From NCBI GenBank assembly GCA_948502395.1, contig CAOPES010000009.1:1980-65979 (forward strand): 64,000 nucleotides of DNA, read 5' to 3'. Positions 21,293 through 31,799 of this stretch are shown piece after piece. A program made the position numbers and the translations under genes. How positions within the stretch are numbered: position 1 is the first letter of the stretch; every line of letters begins with the position of its first letter. The notes beneath the pieces were generated by a model, which did not search any database, had not been told where the DNA came from, and saw nothing but the letters and a program-made list of their open reading frames with translations. Source of the stretch: an uncultured Clostridia bacterium (lineage in GTDB: Bacteria; Bacillota; Clostridia; TANB77; CAG-508).

Positions 21293-21809
21293 TTGCTATT
21301 CTTTTTTTTGTTACTACACCGATAGCAAGGGCAATTATTGCTATTGCAGAAACACCTACAACAGTGCTTATGTTGTTTCCTGTGTATGCTAGTTTTCCAC
21401 CATTTAGTGATACTGTTTCTATTAGTTTTCCGTCTTTGTTGTATATTTCTACTGTTCCTGTTTTGAAAACTAATTTTACATCTATTAGTTCTGCTGCTGC
21501 TTGAGCAATCGCTTTTATTTCATTTTTTTGTGCTGCTGTTAATTTTGTGTAATCTGTTACTCCTGCTTTTTCCATTACAGCTATTGCTTCGTCAGCTTTT
21601 GCTAATACGGCATCTGCTTGAGCATCTGTTACTGGGTTTTCAGATAAGTATCTTTCTACCTTTACTTTGTCTGCTGCTGTCATTCCGTATTTTTCTCCTT
21701 TTGCATATAGTTTATCAGCTAGTTCTGCTGATGTTGCTGCGTTTGCGATTGTTGCAAATGCCATTACTAACATTACACATAGTGTTGCTATTGTTAATAC
21801 TTTTTTCAT
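21282..21809 (-). CDS. small Ala-rich surface protein with a C-terminal sorting signal (LAYTG, hydrophobic stretch, KKRIANAK)
   Basis: Signal peptide (MKKVLTIATLCVMLVMAFATIANA), then LAYTG followed by a TM segment and a basic tail. Overlaps the sortase gene by 11 nt. Confidence 0.55.
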   Translation of the reverse strand: MKKVLTIATLCVMLVMAFATIANAATSAELADKLYAKGEKYGMTAADKVKVERYLSENPVTDAQADAVLAKADEAIAVMEKAGVTDYTKLTAAQKNEIKAIAQAAAELIDVKLVFKTGTVEIYNKDGKLIETVSLNGGKLAYTGNNISTVVGVSAIAIIALAIGVVTKKRIANAK

Positions 21810-21999
21810 TTTTCATTCTCCCTTTCTTTTGCATATTCTTCCCTGATTATATCATTATTATTTTTGATATGCAATACTTTTTTCTTATTTTTTTATTAAT
21901 TTTTTTGGTAATTTTTGGATGTGTATTTTTGTTCTATTTTTCGCTATTTTTAGCTGTTTTTTACCTTATTTTTTTATCTGTTTGTGGGTGTCTTTTAGT

Positions 22000-23166
22000 T
22001 TAGTCTCTTGCAAATAAATCACGAGTATATATTTTCTGACTAACATCGCTTAATTCTTCATTAACACGATTTACAATAATGACATCACTCATTTTCTTAA
22101 ATTCTTCTAAATCTTTAATAACTCTGCTATTAAAGAAATTATCTTCTTTAAGTGTTGGCTCATATACTACAACTTCTATACCTTTTGCTTTTATTCTTTT
22201 CATAATTCCTTGAATTGCACTAGCTCTAAAATTGTCTGAACCGCTTTTCATTGTTAGCCTATATACTCCAACAATTTTAGGATGTTTATTTATAATTTCG
22301 TCTGCTATATGGTCTTTTCTTGTTCTGTTGCTTTCTACTATGGCACTTATTAAATTCTCTGGAACATCTTTGTAATTTGCTTTTAATTGTTTTGTATCTT
22401 TTGGTAAGCAATATCCACCATATCCAAATGAAGGATTATTATAATGTGAACCTATTCTTGGGTCTAAGCAAACTCCATCAATTATGTCCTTAGTATTTAG
22501 ACCTTTTAATTCTGCATATGTGTCTAATTCGTTGAAATATGCTACTCTTAGTGCTAAGTATGTGTTTGCAAATAGTTTTACTGCTTCTGCTTCTGTTGAA
22601 TCCATAAATTTAACTTCAATATCTTCTTTTAATGCTCCTTGTTTTAGTAATTCTGCAAATTCTTCTGCTCTTTCGGATTTTTCTCCTACTATTATTCTTG
22701 ATGGATATAAATTATCATATAATGCTCGTCCTTCTCTTAAAAATTCTGGGCTAAATAAGATATTGTCTATATTATATTTTTCTTTCATTGCTTTTATAAA
22801 ACCTACTGGTATTGTTGATTTTACTACCATTGTTGTGTCTATTTTCATACTAATTACTTTTTGTATTATGTCTTCTACACTTGATGTGTCAAAGTAGTTT
22901 TTTTGGTCGTCATAGTTTGTTGGCGTGCTTATTATTATATATTTTGCTCCTTCAAATGCTTCTTTGTAGTCTAGTGTTGCTTTTAGGTTTAGTTTTTTTG
23001 TTTTGAAGTATTCTTCTATTTCTTTGTCTTGTATTGGTGATATTTTGTTGTTTATTTTTTCTACTTTTTCTGGTATTACGTCTAATGCTATTACTTCATT
23101 GTTTTGGCTTAGTAGTGTGGCTAGTGATAGCCCTACATATCCTGTTCCTGCAACTGCGATTTTCAT
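22000..23166 (-). CDS. ugd: UDP-glucose 6-dehydrogenase
   Basis: [14 protein letters not shown] plus the UDPG_MGDP_dh central and C-terminal motifs (GGYCLPKD). Confidence 0.85.
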   Translation of the reverse strand: MKIAVAGTGYVGLSLATLLSQNNEVIALDVIPEKVEKINNKISPIQDKEIEEYFKTKKLNLKATLDYKEAFEGAKYIIISTPTNYDDQKNYFDTSSVEDIIQKVISMKIDTTMVVKSTIPVGFIKAMKEKYNIDNILFSPEFLREGRALYDNLYPSRIIVGEKSERAEEFAELLKQGALKEDIEVKFMDSTEAEAVKLFANTYLALRVAYFNELDTYAELKGLNTKDIIDGVCLDPRIGSHYNNPSFGYGGYCLPKDTKQLKANYKDVPENLISAIVESNRTRKDHIADEIINKHPKIVGVYRLTMKSGSDNFRASAIQGIMKRIKAKGIEVVVYEPTLKEDNFFNSRVIKDLEEFKKMSDVIIVNRVNEELSDVSQKIYTRDLFARD

Positions 23167-23226
23167 TTTGTTGTCACTCCCTTATTTTTTATTTATTGAT
23201 ACTTTAAGATATAATCTATTAAATAA

Positions 23227-24252
23227 TTACATATAAAATTCTTTATACCACTCAGCAAATTTTCTTAATCCCTCTCTTAATGATGTATTTGGTTTAAATC
23301 CAAAATCTCTTTCTAATGGTGTTGTATCTGCATAAGTGATTGGTACATCTCCTGGTTGCATTGCGACTAATTCTTTATGTTTATCAAAGTCATAATCTTG
23401 TGGTAAAACTCCTGCTCTAATTAATTCTTCTTGTAAGATGTTTACAAAATCTAATAAACTCTCTGGATTACTATTCCCTATGTTATATACCGCATATGGT
23501 GGTATTGGTAATCCATCTTCCCCTTCTTTTTTCTCTGGTGCTTTTTTCATTACTCTATAAACACCTTCTACAATATCGTCAATATAGGTGAAATCTCTTT
23601 TACAATTTCCATAGTTGAATATTTTTATTGTTTCTCCTGCTAATAATTTATTTGTAAATCCAAAATATGCCATGTCAGGTCTTCCTGCTGGTCCATATAC
23701 TGTAAAAAATCTTAATCCTGTTGAAGGTATATTGTACAATTTTGAATAACTATGTGCTAATAATTCATTTGATTTTTTTGTTGCTGCATATAATGATACT
23801 GGGTTGTCCACTTTATCTTCTGTTGAATATGGTACTTTTTTATTGGAACCATATACAGATGAACTTGATGCATATACTAAATGTTCTACTGGATAATGAC
23901 GACAGCCTTCTAGTATATTATAAAATCCTATTAGATTAGCTTCTATATATGCATCAGGATTTGTTATACTATAACGTACACCTGCTTGTGCTGCTAAATT
24001 TACTACTATTTCTGGTTTGTATTCTTTAAATATATTTTCTACTGTTTGTTTATCAGCTAAATTTCCTTTTATAAATTTGAAATTATTATATTGTTTTAGT
24101 TCATTTAATCTATATTCTTTTAGTTTTACATCATAGTAATCGTTCATGTTGTCTAATCCTATGATTTGTATGTCATTGTTTTCTTTTAATATTTTCTTTG
24201 CAAGATTTGAGCCTATAAATCCTGCTACTCCTGTAATAAAATATGTTTTCAT
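23227..24252 (-). CDS. UDP-glucuronate 4-epimerase (NAD-dependent, SDR)
   Basis: ITGVAGFIGSNL, YASSSSVYG, YAATK. CapI/LpsL family. Confidence 0.75.
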   Translation of the reverse strand: MKTYFITGVAGFIGSNLAKKILKENNDIQIIGLDNMNDYYDVKLKEYRLNELKQYNNFKFIKGNLADKQTVENIFKEYKPEIVVNLAAQAGVRYSITNPDAYIEANLIGFYNILEGCRHYPVEHLVYASSSSVYGSNKKVPYSTEDKVDNPVSLYAATKKSNELLAHSYSKLYNIPSTGLRFFTVYGPAGRPDMAYFGFTNKLLAGETIKIFNYGNCKRDFTYIDDIVEGVYRVMKKAPEKKEGEDGLPIPPYAVYNIGNSNPESLLDFVNILQEELIRAGVLPQDYDFDKHKELVAMQPGDVPITYADTTPLERDFGFKPNTSLREGLRKFAEWYKEFYM

Positions 24253-24273
24253 TGATTTTTCTCCTTTTATTAT

Positions 24274-25185
24274 TTATGGTTCTATTAAAATCCAATTATC
24301 CATATATATATCACTATTTTGCCAAGTATTTTTCCACCTAGATGGTGCTATTACTGTCTTTTGTTCATTTCTAGATAAATATTGTGCCCACCAACTAAAT
24401 GTACTATTCGAAATAATAAAATGTTTACATTCATACATTAATCTTAATTTTTCCCATACTGGATCTGTTCCGTCCTCAAATTTAGTTCCTTCTGGAAATT
24501 TCATATTGTTCTTTACCCATTCTATATCATCTGAAAAAACAAAAAATTTTGCATTTTTTACATTTATTTTCATCTGTATTATTGCCCTTTCAAAATAATC
24601 TTCTTTGCACACATAATGTCCCTTCTTGTTTTTTTCTGAAAGGAAATCTCCTCTTCTTATTGTTACGCATACTGATTCTGAACTTTCTATTTCTTCATAT
24701 AACTCTAAATTTTTCTTCAATTTCCCATATTTAGGTGTAAATTCTTTTAATATAGTATCTCTTATATCATCAAAATATTTTGGTGATTCAAAATTTCCTA
24801 TAAAAATTTTGTTTTTACTTTTACTTGGACTTAATTTTTCATATCCTTGATATATATAATATATACCGTTTTTCATCAGTATACTTTTCATACTTTTTTC
24901 GAATTTATTACTAATTTTATTATATATAGATCTATTATTTTTATACAGTATAGATAAAGTCTTTTCCACCATTTGCATAAATACTAATAAACTTCTCTGT
25001 ATAACATTCATTTCTATATATCTATCATTTATATATTCTATGACATTAAAATTATTTAAATCGTTCGTAAATCCTGCCTTTACGACGCTATCAAAGGAAA
25101 GCTTTAATATTTCCTCATTATACTCTTTCATATACCAACGCATAGCAGCATATTGAAACATTTGATTTCCTAGTCTTCCACTCAT
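24274..25185 (-). CDS. glycosyltransferase family 11 (alpha-1,2-fucosyltransferase-like)
   Basis: MSGRLGNQMFQYA and TIRRGDF...FVFSDDIEW...SNSTFSWWAQYL (GT11 motifs). Confidence 0.7.
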   Translation of the reverse strand: MSGRLGNQMFQYAAMRWYMKEYNEEILKLSFDSVVKAGFTNDLNNFNVIEYINDRYIEMNVIQRSLLVFMQMVEKTLSILYKNNRSIYNKISNKFEKSMKSILMKNGIYYIYQGYEKLSPSKSKNKIFIGNFESPKYFDDIRDTILKEFTPKYGKLKKNLELYEEIESSESVCVTIRRGDFLSEKNKKGHYVCKEDYFERAIIQMKINVKNAKFFVFSDDIEWVKNNMKFPEGTKFEDGTDPVWEKLRLMYECKHFIISNSTFSWWAQYLSRNEQKTVIAPSRWKNTWQNSDIYMDNWILIEP

Positions 25186-25211
25186 TTTTTTTGTATCATC
25201 TTATCACCACA

Positions 25212-26726
25212 CTACAATATTTTACTTTTCTTTTTATTTTTAATCTTACTAACTAATTCCTTAACAGTTTGTTTATATATTACCATATTACTACTAAATA
25301 TAATTATCATTGATATTATTACTGATATTATTGCATATTTTCCCCACATAATATATGATACAAATTGTTTTCCTCTAAGTATTGGATTTATTATTAACAA
25401 TATCATTAACGTTTGCACAAATATAATTGCTATTTTTTTATATACTATATATTCTTTTCTATTTAGTATATTTTTAGAAGTATATTTAATAAATTCAGTT
25501 GTCCTAAATAGCATTGCTATTACAGTTCCTATAGCAACCCCTATAATTCCTAATTTCTTTACTAATATTATAGAAATTACAATATTTATTATTGCTTCAA
25601 TCCATGCACCTTTTTTAGTCTCTTTAAACCTTCCTGCCGACATACAAACAGAACTGTATGGTAACCTTATTGCCCAAATATATTCTGATAATACTATTAG
25701 ATATGAAAATATCGGTCTATAATAATTAGCATCATTTATTCCTTTAGTATATACCTGTATGAACGGCAATATTAAAATTAATGTGCATGTAAACAATAAT
25801 GTAATTATAGTAAAATATACATCTTCATACATTCCAAAATTTTGATTTAATCTATCATATTCTTCATTTGCATACATATCTCCGAAAGCCGCATCAATTC
25901 CATTACTAAAAGATTGCACTATATTTTTTATACCTTTAATAACAAATAAATATACCGTATATATAGATACCTCTATCGTATTTGTAAACATCGTTAATAT
26001 AACTATATCTGTATTATTATGAATTACACTCGCAGTATGTTGGGCTAAACCATCCCATTTCTGTTTAATATCATATTTCTCAATATTCTTATTCAATTTT
26101 ATATTATATTTCTTTCTTACATATATATTTTGAAATATTGGTCTTGCTATAAATATTAATGCACTTATTATTTTTACAATTTGAATATTCGCACCAACTT
26201 TAATTAAAATTATACTAATTACAGTATTAAGTATTGTCACTATAATTTGTAAATTTGCAATAATATATGTTTTTTGTTCTGCTTGTAAATATATTTTATA
26301 TACCATTCCTATAAAATATTCAAAAAAGGTACTAACTGATATTATAATTATTAATGAAATCGTATAGTTCTTTTCAAATTCCGTATTTACAAGTTTTGGA
26401 TATATAAAACACAATACTATTATATATATTATAAAAATATATGCAATAATATTGAAAAATTTCTGTGTTGCCTTTAATATTTTTTCTATTTCATCTTTAT
26501 TCTTATGAGCTATTGGCTTATATAATACTGACTTTATAACTTGTCCTATTCCAGCATCTATCAATGTTATATATGCTAAAAATTGTGTAATAGATGATAG
26601 TAATCCATTTACACTAGAACCATATGTTTTAATTATCACTAATGGTAGTATTAATCCACACACTATTGTTACCAATTGTTGTATTAATAATGACAAAATA
26701 TTTTTTATTGCTTTTTTACTTCTCAT
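25212..26726 (-). CDS. oligosaccharide flippase (Wzx)
   Basis: About 14 TM segments; polysaccharide biosynthesis protein family. Confidence 0.7.
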   Translation of the reverse strand: MRSKKAIKNILSLLIQQLVTIVCGLILPLVIIKTYGSSVNGLLSSITQFLAYITLIDAGIGQVIKSVLYKPIAHKNKDEIEKILKATQKFFNIIAYIFIIYIIVLCFIYPKLVNTEFEKNYTISLIIIISVSTFFEYFIGMVYKIYLQAEQKTYIIANLQIIVTILNTVISIILIKVGANIQIVKIISALIFIARPIFQNIYVRKKYNIKLNKNIEKYDIKQKWDGLAQHTASVIHNNTDIVILTMFTNTIEVSIYTVYLFVIKGIKNIVQSFSNGIDAAFGDMYANEEYDRLNQNFGMYEDVYFTIITLLFTCTLILILPFIQVYTKGINDANYYRPIFSYLIVLSEYIWAIRLPYSSVCMSAGRFKETKKGAWIEAIINIVISIILVKKLGIIGVAIGTVIAMLFRTTEFIKYTSKNILNRKEYIVYKKIAIIFVQTLMILLIINPILRGKQFVSYIMWGKYAIISVIISMIIIFSSNMVIYKQTVKELVSKIKNKKKSKIL

Positions 26727-27625
26727 TGTTTTTCTTCCTTTATTTTATCTATATTAATTAAATCTCCTAATTTTCTATTAAATTCCTCAGGTTCAAATTT
26801 CTCAAATCCAGCATTAGGATAAAATGTCATTTCTCCAAAATATATTTTACCATTTATTTCATATAAATCTACTCTTAAAAATGGCATATCTTTTGAAAGC
26901 TTTTTTGCAATTTCCTTCATTTTATCAAAATTTACTGGTCTTTTTATCGTTACATCAATTTGATGTCCACCTTCTTTTACATCCATTACATTCCAATTTT
27001 CATCAAAAAAGGTTTTTTTCATATTACTTGAACTAAATCTTTCTGAACATACTAATACAAATTTGGGTTCTCCATTAAAACAAAAAAACTTATAATCTTT
27101 TAAATCTTGTTTATTCTCTTCTTCCATATATTCTTCTATTATTATTCTCGGCTTAACATTTTTATATGGCCATTCTCTTGCAATTCTATAATAGTCTTTC
27201 TTCAAATTACTTATTAATTTTTTTGCAGTTTTTTTCGTATCTAGTCGTTCTTTATTAGTACATATTACAATTCCTCCTGAATCATGTGTACACTTTATGA
27301 CGAATTTATTTGGTAGTTGCTGAAAGTCAATATCTTCGACTTTCTCATATAATCCTAATGTTGGAATAATAATTTCATCTCCTACTATACTGTTCACATA
27401 TTTCTTCGCTTCATATTTATCAACCATTAAATTATAATTATCTTTTGTATAATTTAATTTTAACCATTGCATCTTCTCATTAAATGTCTTCGGTTCTTCC
27501 AAATTCAATTTTTCATTTATAAAAATCCTACTACATAATTTTAAATATTTTTCATCAGACATTTTATCAAAACATCCTATCGCTGATAAATTAAGTACAA
27601 TTGCTTTTATAAGTTTACTAATCAC
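26723..27625 (-). CDS. ATP-grasp amidoligase, TupA-like
   Basis: KCTHDSGGIVIC, DYKFFCFNGEPKF, LRVDLYEINGKIYFGEMTFYP (ATPgrasp_TupA signature). Confidence 0.65.
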   Translation of the reverse strand: MISKLIKAIVLNLSAIGCFDKMSDEKYLKLCSRIFINEKLNLEEPKTFNEKMQWLKLNYTKDNYNLMVDKYEAKKYVNSIVGDEIIIPTLGLYEKVEDIDFQQLPNKFVIKCTHDSGGIVICTNKERLDTKKTAKKLISNLKKDYYRIAREWPYKNVKPRIIIEEYMEEENKQDLKDYKFFCFNGEPKFVLVCSERFSSSNMKKTFFDENWNVMDVKEGGHQIDVTIKRPVNFDKMKEIAKKLSKDMPFLRVDLYEINGKIYFGEMTFYPNAGFEKFEPEEFNRKLGDLINIDKIKEEKQ

Positions 27626-28847
27626 TTGTTTTCACCTCTTTTTTCTTTATATCAATTGCATATTGCGAAATACATGCTAATAATAGAACAGTTGCTTGTG
27701 ATATATATGACATTGTATATGGTTCCATTAAAAATGTTATTAAACTGTATACAATAAAAAACAATGCAATTCTATTCTTTTTTATTTCTTTATACATATA
27801 TTTAGCATTCTTAATTATTATAAAATACACTCGAAAATATAAGATAAAGCCTATAATACCTAAACACGAAAGTATCTCTAAAAATGTATCATGTGCATAT
27901 ACTAAAATTCCATTTTTTATATAATTCATATACGCAAATCCATGCAATCCATAACCAAATATTGGCTTTTCTTTTATCATTTGTTTAGCTAACTCTTTAA
28001 ACATCATTCTTTCTGCATATGATCCATCTTGCATCGTTCCTCCTGTTATACTTGATATTAAAGTATCTATTCTATTTCCTATAATAGAATATAGAAACTC
28101 GTTATTTATTGTAAAATATATTCCAAATATACACACTACTCCCATTACTAATAGGAACGTCGTTTTCTTTCCAAAACTTTTTGTTGGATTTATTAATTGC
28201 ATTATCATATAAAATACAATTGGTAAAAATAGTGCTTTTCTTGTTCCAGATAACATTGCCGCAAAAAAACCAATTATCATTAATAAAATGTACTCTGTTT
28301 TTTTGCGTTTACTCATATCTTTCTGGCATATTTTCCAAATTATAGAATATAAAGTTATTATTATAACATTTCCAAATTGTACATATGAACCATATAGATC
28401 TCCACCAAGCCTTTTTATTCCTATTAGATTATATTGATTAGCAAACACGATTGCAATTCCAACAAAACCACCTATTATAAAGCCTTCTAATATCTTATCA
28501 AAATTTTTTTCATAGTTAACTATTTGAGTAGCATATACTGCTAAAATCAAACAAGTCGCCATCCTTATTACTGCATAGTCTGGATTTATTGTATTTATTG
28601 TATATGCCAATGAAAATAAAGCATATATAAAAAAAACTCCATACCATTTTATTCCCATTCCTACTTTCATTTTAGTAATATTCTTATTTATTAACAACAA
28701 GAGAAATCCACATAATCCTATACAAATAAATATTGTCGTTCTAGACATCAATGGACTTATTTGACAAAACATTCCTATTAATATCAAAATTGTATTTATT
28801 ACCTTGTCCTTTGTTAGTTTTATACTACTCATTAATTTATCTCCCAT
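27618..28847 (-). CDS. O-antigen polymerase/ligase-like membrane protein (Wzy)
   Basis: Polytopic membrane protein in a cps context with a Wzy_C-like loop. Confidence 0.55.
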   Translation of the reverse strand: MGDKLMSSIKLTKDKVINTILILIGMFCQISPLMSRTTIFICIGLCGFLLLLINKNITKMKVGMGIKWYGVFFIYALFSLAYTINTINPDYAVIRMATCLILAVYATQIVNYEKNFDKILEGFIIGGFVGIAIVFANQYNLIGIKRLGGDLYGSYVQFGNVIIITLYSIIWKICQKDMSKRKKTEYILLMIIGFFAAMLSGTRKALFLPIVFYMIMQLINPTKSFGKKTTFLLVMGVVCIFGIYFTINNEFLYSIIGNRIDTLISSITGGTMQDGSYAERMMFKELAKQMIKEKPIFGYGLHGFAYMNYIKNGILVYAHDTFLEILSCLGIIGFILYFRVYFIIIKNAKYMYKEIKKNRIALFFIVYSLITFLMEPYTMSYISQATVLLLACISQYAIDIKKKEVKTSD

Positions 28848-29976
28848 TTAGTATTTCTTTATAATATTCAACATATTTTCTGGCCATATTGCTCATAGTT
28901 AAATTACTATTAATTAGGCTACTTCTATAATCTTTCTTTTCTACAATTTGCAATTTATGTGAAAAGTCATCTAAGTTTCCTAATTTATACGTCATTCCTA
29001 TCTCTTTTATCTCTTCTAAAATTTCTTTATGTTGCCCAATATCAGACATTATTACTGGTAACCCACATGCAGCAGCTTCTATAACCCCATTAGGTAATCC
29101 TTCTGATTGACTAGATGTTACAAATATATCAGACATTTGTAAATATTCTACAACATTGTCAGTTTTTCCTATAAATTTTATATCCTTTTCTTTTTTATAT
29201 TTAGCATATATTTTTTCATATTTTGAACCTGTTCCTAATAAAAGCAACTGTTTATTTGCTAATTTAACCTTATTAAAGGCTAAAATTGTTTCTTCTATTC
29301 TCTTTCTTGGTATAAAACTACTTGTTGATATAAATACTTTCTTGTCTGTCTCTATTCCATACTTCTTTCTTAATCTTTCTTTTTCTTCTTTATCTACTTC
29401 TTTAAATTTGTATATATCCACACCATTTTGAATACTAATTATATTGTCTTGCTTATATTTATTTTTCATCTTATTTTCTATTGTTTTCGAACAAGCCACA
29501 ATATTTTTAGCTTTTAATAATGTCTTTATATGCATTCTATATGCTAAGATTGCATTTAGTTTGTTCATTCTTGTAAATATATCCTCTTTTGGAAAATTTC
29601 TTAATGTGATTATATGTTGTATATCAGTTTCCTTTGTCGCTTTTTGACATATATAATCTGGTTTTATTCCATATGAATGAACTATTTTTATTTTTAATTT
29701 ATTCATTATATTTTTCAATATTCTTTTTCCATTTAATATAAATGCTTTTCTATTTAAATTTAAACAAACAACTTCTATATTACTTTTAATATATTCATCA
29801 ATCATCGTATCTTTAGGTTCCTTAAAAAGTGTCACCACTATACTAGCATATTCTTTTGATGCACCTTTAATAATACTCAAAGTTTGATTAGACGGTCCTA
29901 CTCTTTTTAAATCTGCACAAACGTACATTATGTCATATTGTTCTTTATTTGTATTTACATTTTTAATTATTTCCAT
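28837..29976 (-). CDS. glycosyltransferase family 4
   Basis: SEGLPNGVIEAAACGLPVIMSDIG (GT-B fold EX7E region). Confidence 0.75.
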   Translation of the reverse strand: MEIIKNVNTNKEQYDIMYVCADLKRVGPSNQTLSIIKGASKEYASIVVTLFKEPKDTMIDEYIKSNIEVVCLNLNRKAFILNGKRILKNIMNKLKIKIVHSYGIKPDYICQKATKETDIQHIITLRNFPKEDIFTRMNKLNAILAYRMHIKTLLKAKNIVACSKTIENKMKNKYKQDNIISIQNGVDIYKFKEVDKEEKERLRKKYGIETDKKVFISTSSFIPRKRIEETILAFNKVKLANKQLLLLGTGSKYEKIYAKYKKEKDIKFIGKTDNVVEYLQMSDIFVTSSQSEGLPNGVIEAAACGLPVIMSDIGQHKEILEEIKEIGMTYKLGNLDDFSHKLQIVEKKDYRSSLINSNLTMSNMARKYVEYYKEILNGR

Positions 29977-29994
29977 TTTCCTTCCTCATACACA

Positions 29995-30789
29995 TCATTT
30001 ATTACTCTTTATTCTCCATTTTTTAAAATATTTTATCATAGAACTCACATGATACTTGAATAATTTTTTATTTTTATGAGATCCCTTTTCCCATTTATGT
30101 ATTACCGCAGTATTTGGAAAATACATTAATTTTGAAATTTGATTAACTCTTTTACATAAATCCGCATCTTCCATATACATAAAATATCTATCATCAAATC
30201 CATTAAGTTTCTTAAGTAATTCTGTTTTTATCACTAAAAAACTTCCCTGTCCAAATGGAACTTGAAATTCTTTATTATAATCCTTGTATTGTAATGTAAT
30301 TCTTTCCATTCTTTTAGGGAATAATTTGGGGCAAAACATTCGTATAAACATATCATATATAGTTACTTCTTCACGATATACTTTTTGTAACTCACCTTTT
30401 TCATCTACTATTTTTGGAATAACCATACCAATACTTTGGTCATTTTCCATATAATCTATTATTTTACTCAATGAATCTTCTTTAAAAATAATATCAGGAT
30501 TTACTATTGCATGATATCTAGAATTAATTTTATCTAATATTAGATTATGACCTTTGCCAAATCCTAAATTTTCATTAGCATCAATATATTCAATATCTTT
30601 ATACTTATTAATATAGCCCTTGAACTTTCTTATTTCATTTTCATTTATATCTTTTGTTCCATTATCTATAATATAAACTTTTTTATCAATCTCTTTACTT
30701 GTATATTTTTCTAAAGTTTCTATTGCTACTTCTATATCTTTATAGTTATGATATGCTACAATAGATATACTTAACCTTGCTGTGTTCAT
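29995..30789 (-). CDS. glycosyltransferase family 2
   Basis: SISIVAYHNY...IIDNGTKD...YMEDADL (DXD). Confidence 0.75.
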   Translation of the reverse strand: MNTARLSISIVAYHNYKDIEVAIETLEKYTSKEIDKKVYIIDNGTKDINENEIRKFKGYINKYKDIEYIDANENLGFGKGHNLILDKINSRYHAIVNPDIIFKEDSLSKIIDYMENDQSIGMVIPKIVDEKGELQKVYREEVTIYDMFIRMFCPKLFPKRMERITLQYKDYNKEFQVPFGQGSFLVIKTELLKKLNGFDDRYFMYMEDADLCKRVNQISKLMYFPNTAVIHKWEKGSHKNKKLFKYHVSSMIKYFKKWRIKSNK

Positions 30790-30826
30790 TTACATCTCCC
30801 TATTTTTATATTAATAATTTTATTTT

Positions 30827-31585
30827 TTAAATTGCCCCTTCTTTTCTTATTACATCCATAACCGTCTTCTTTAAGATTTCTACATCCAACTTCAAAGAAT
30901 GTCTAAAATAATACTTCATATCCATTTCAAGACGATTAACAAAAGTAGTCTTACTTCTACCACTCGTTTGCCAAAGACCAGTAATACCTGGTTTAACAGA
31001 AGTTATGTACTTAAAATACCCATTAATCTCTTCCTTTTCTTTCGGTAAATATGGTCTTGGACCTACCAAGCTCATCTCACCTTTAAGCACATTTATAAAT
31101 TGTGGAAATTCGTCAATACTAGATTTTCTAATAAATCTTCCCACTTTTGTTATTCTTGGATCATCTTTTAACTTTTTATATTCTTTATATTCCTTTCTTG
31201 CTTCTTCATTTTCTTCTAAATATTCTTCTAGTTTTTCATCAGCCCCTACAACCATTGAGCGATATTTATATAATTTAAATATTTTTCCATTTTTTCCAAT
31301 TCTCTCCTGTGTATAAAAAACTGGTCCTTTATCTCCTACAATAACATTAGCTATGTAAATTCCAATTGTTAGTGGTATTAATGCCAATATTCCAAACAAG
31401 CTCCCCACTATGTCAATCATTCTTTTTAGTACTTTTTCTAACTTTATAATAAATTTGCTTCTATCAGACAAATTGTTTAATTGCATTAATCCCATTGCAA
31501 TATGGTTATCTGCAATATACTCTAATTCCCCTTTTTTGATATTCACTTTTGTTCCCCCTAAATATAAACAAATTATTTTATTCAT
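30827..31585 (-). CDS. initiating undecaprenyl-phosphate sugar-phosphotransferase (bacterial sugar transferase family, short form)
   Basis: KGPVFYTQERIGKNGKIFKLYKYRSM...DEFPQFINVLKGEMSLVGPRP. Confidence 0.8.
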   Translation of the reverse strand: MNKIICLYLGGTKVNIKKGELEYIADNHIAMGLMQLNNLSDRSKFIIKLEKVLKRMIDIVGSLFGILALIPLTIGIYIANVIVGDKGPVFYTQERIGKNGKIFKLYKYRSMVVGADEKLEEYLEENEEARKEYKEYKKLKDDPRITKVGRFIRKSSIDEFPQFINVLKGEMSLVGPRPYLPKEKEEINGYFKYITSVKPGITGLWQTSGRSKTTFVNRLEMDMKYYFRHSLKLDVEILKKTVMDVIRKEGAI

Positions 31586-31799
31586 ATATATCTACCTGTA
31601 TTTTATCGCTTTTACTGTTAACTTTCAATACCTTTTTACATATTTTTTATTGCATTATGTCGATAATCTGTTAAATATCGCTTGTAAAGTAGATTTTCCA
31701 GCTTAGTTTTTGCACAAAAAAATAGCAGGAAATTTTTTCTACTTAAATATTTCCTACTATTTTCACTAGTTATTTCCATTTTATTTCATTCAATTAGAA

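Noticed and set aside
25560-25650. AGG as a second shift-prone rare codon (considered because of agg aga aga near the pilin frame break)
   Set aside because: AGG is read in-frame as Arg in wzx (...SAGRFKE...), and the pilin break is better explained by the adjacent A7 run.
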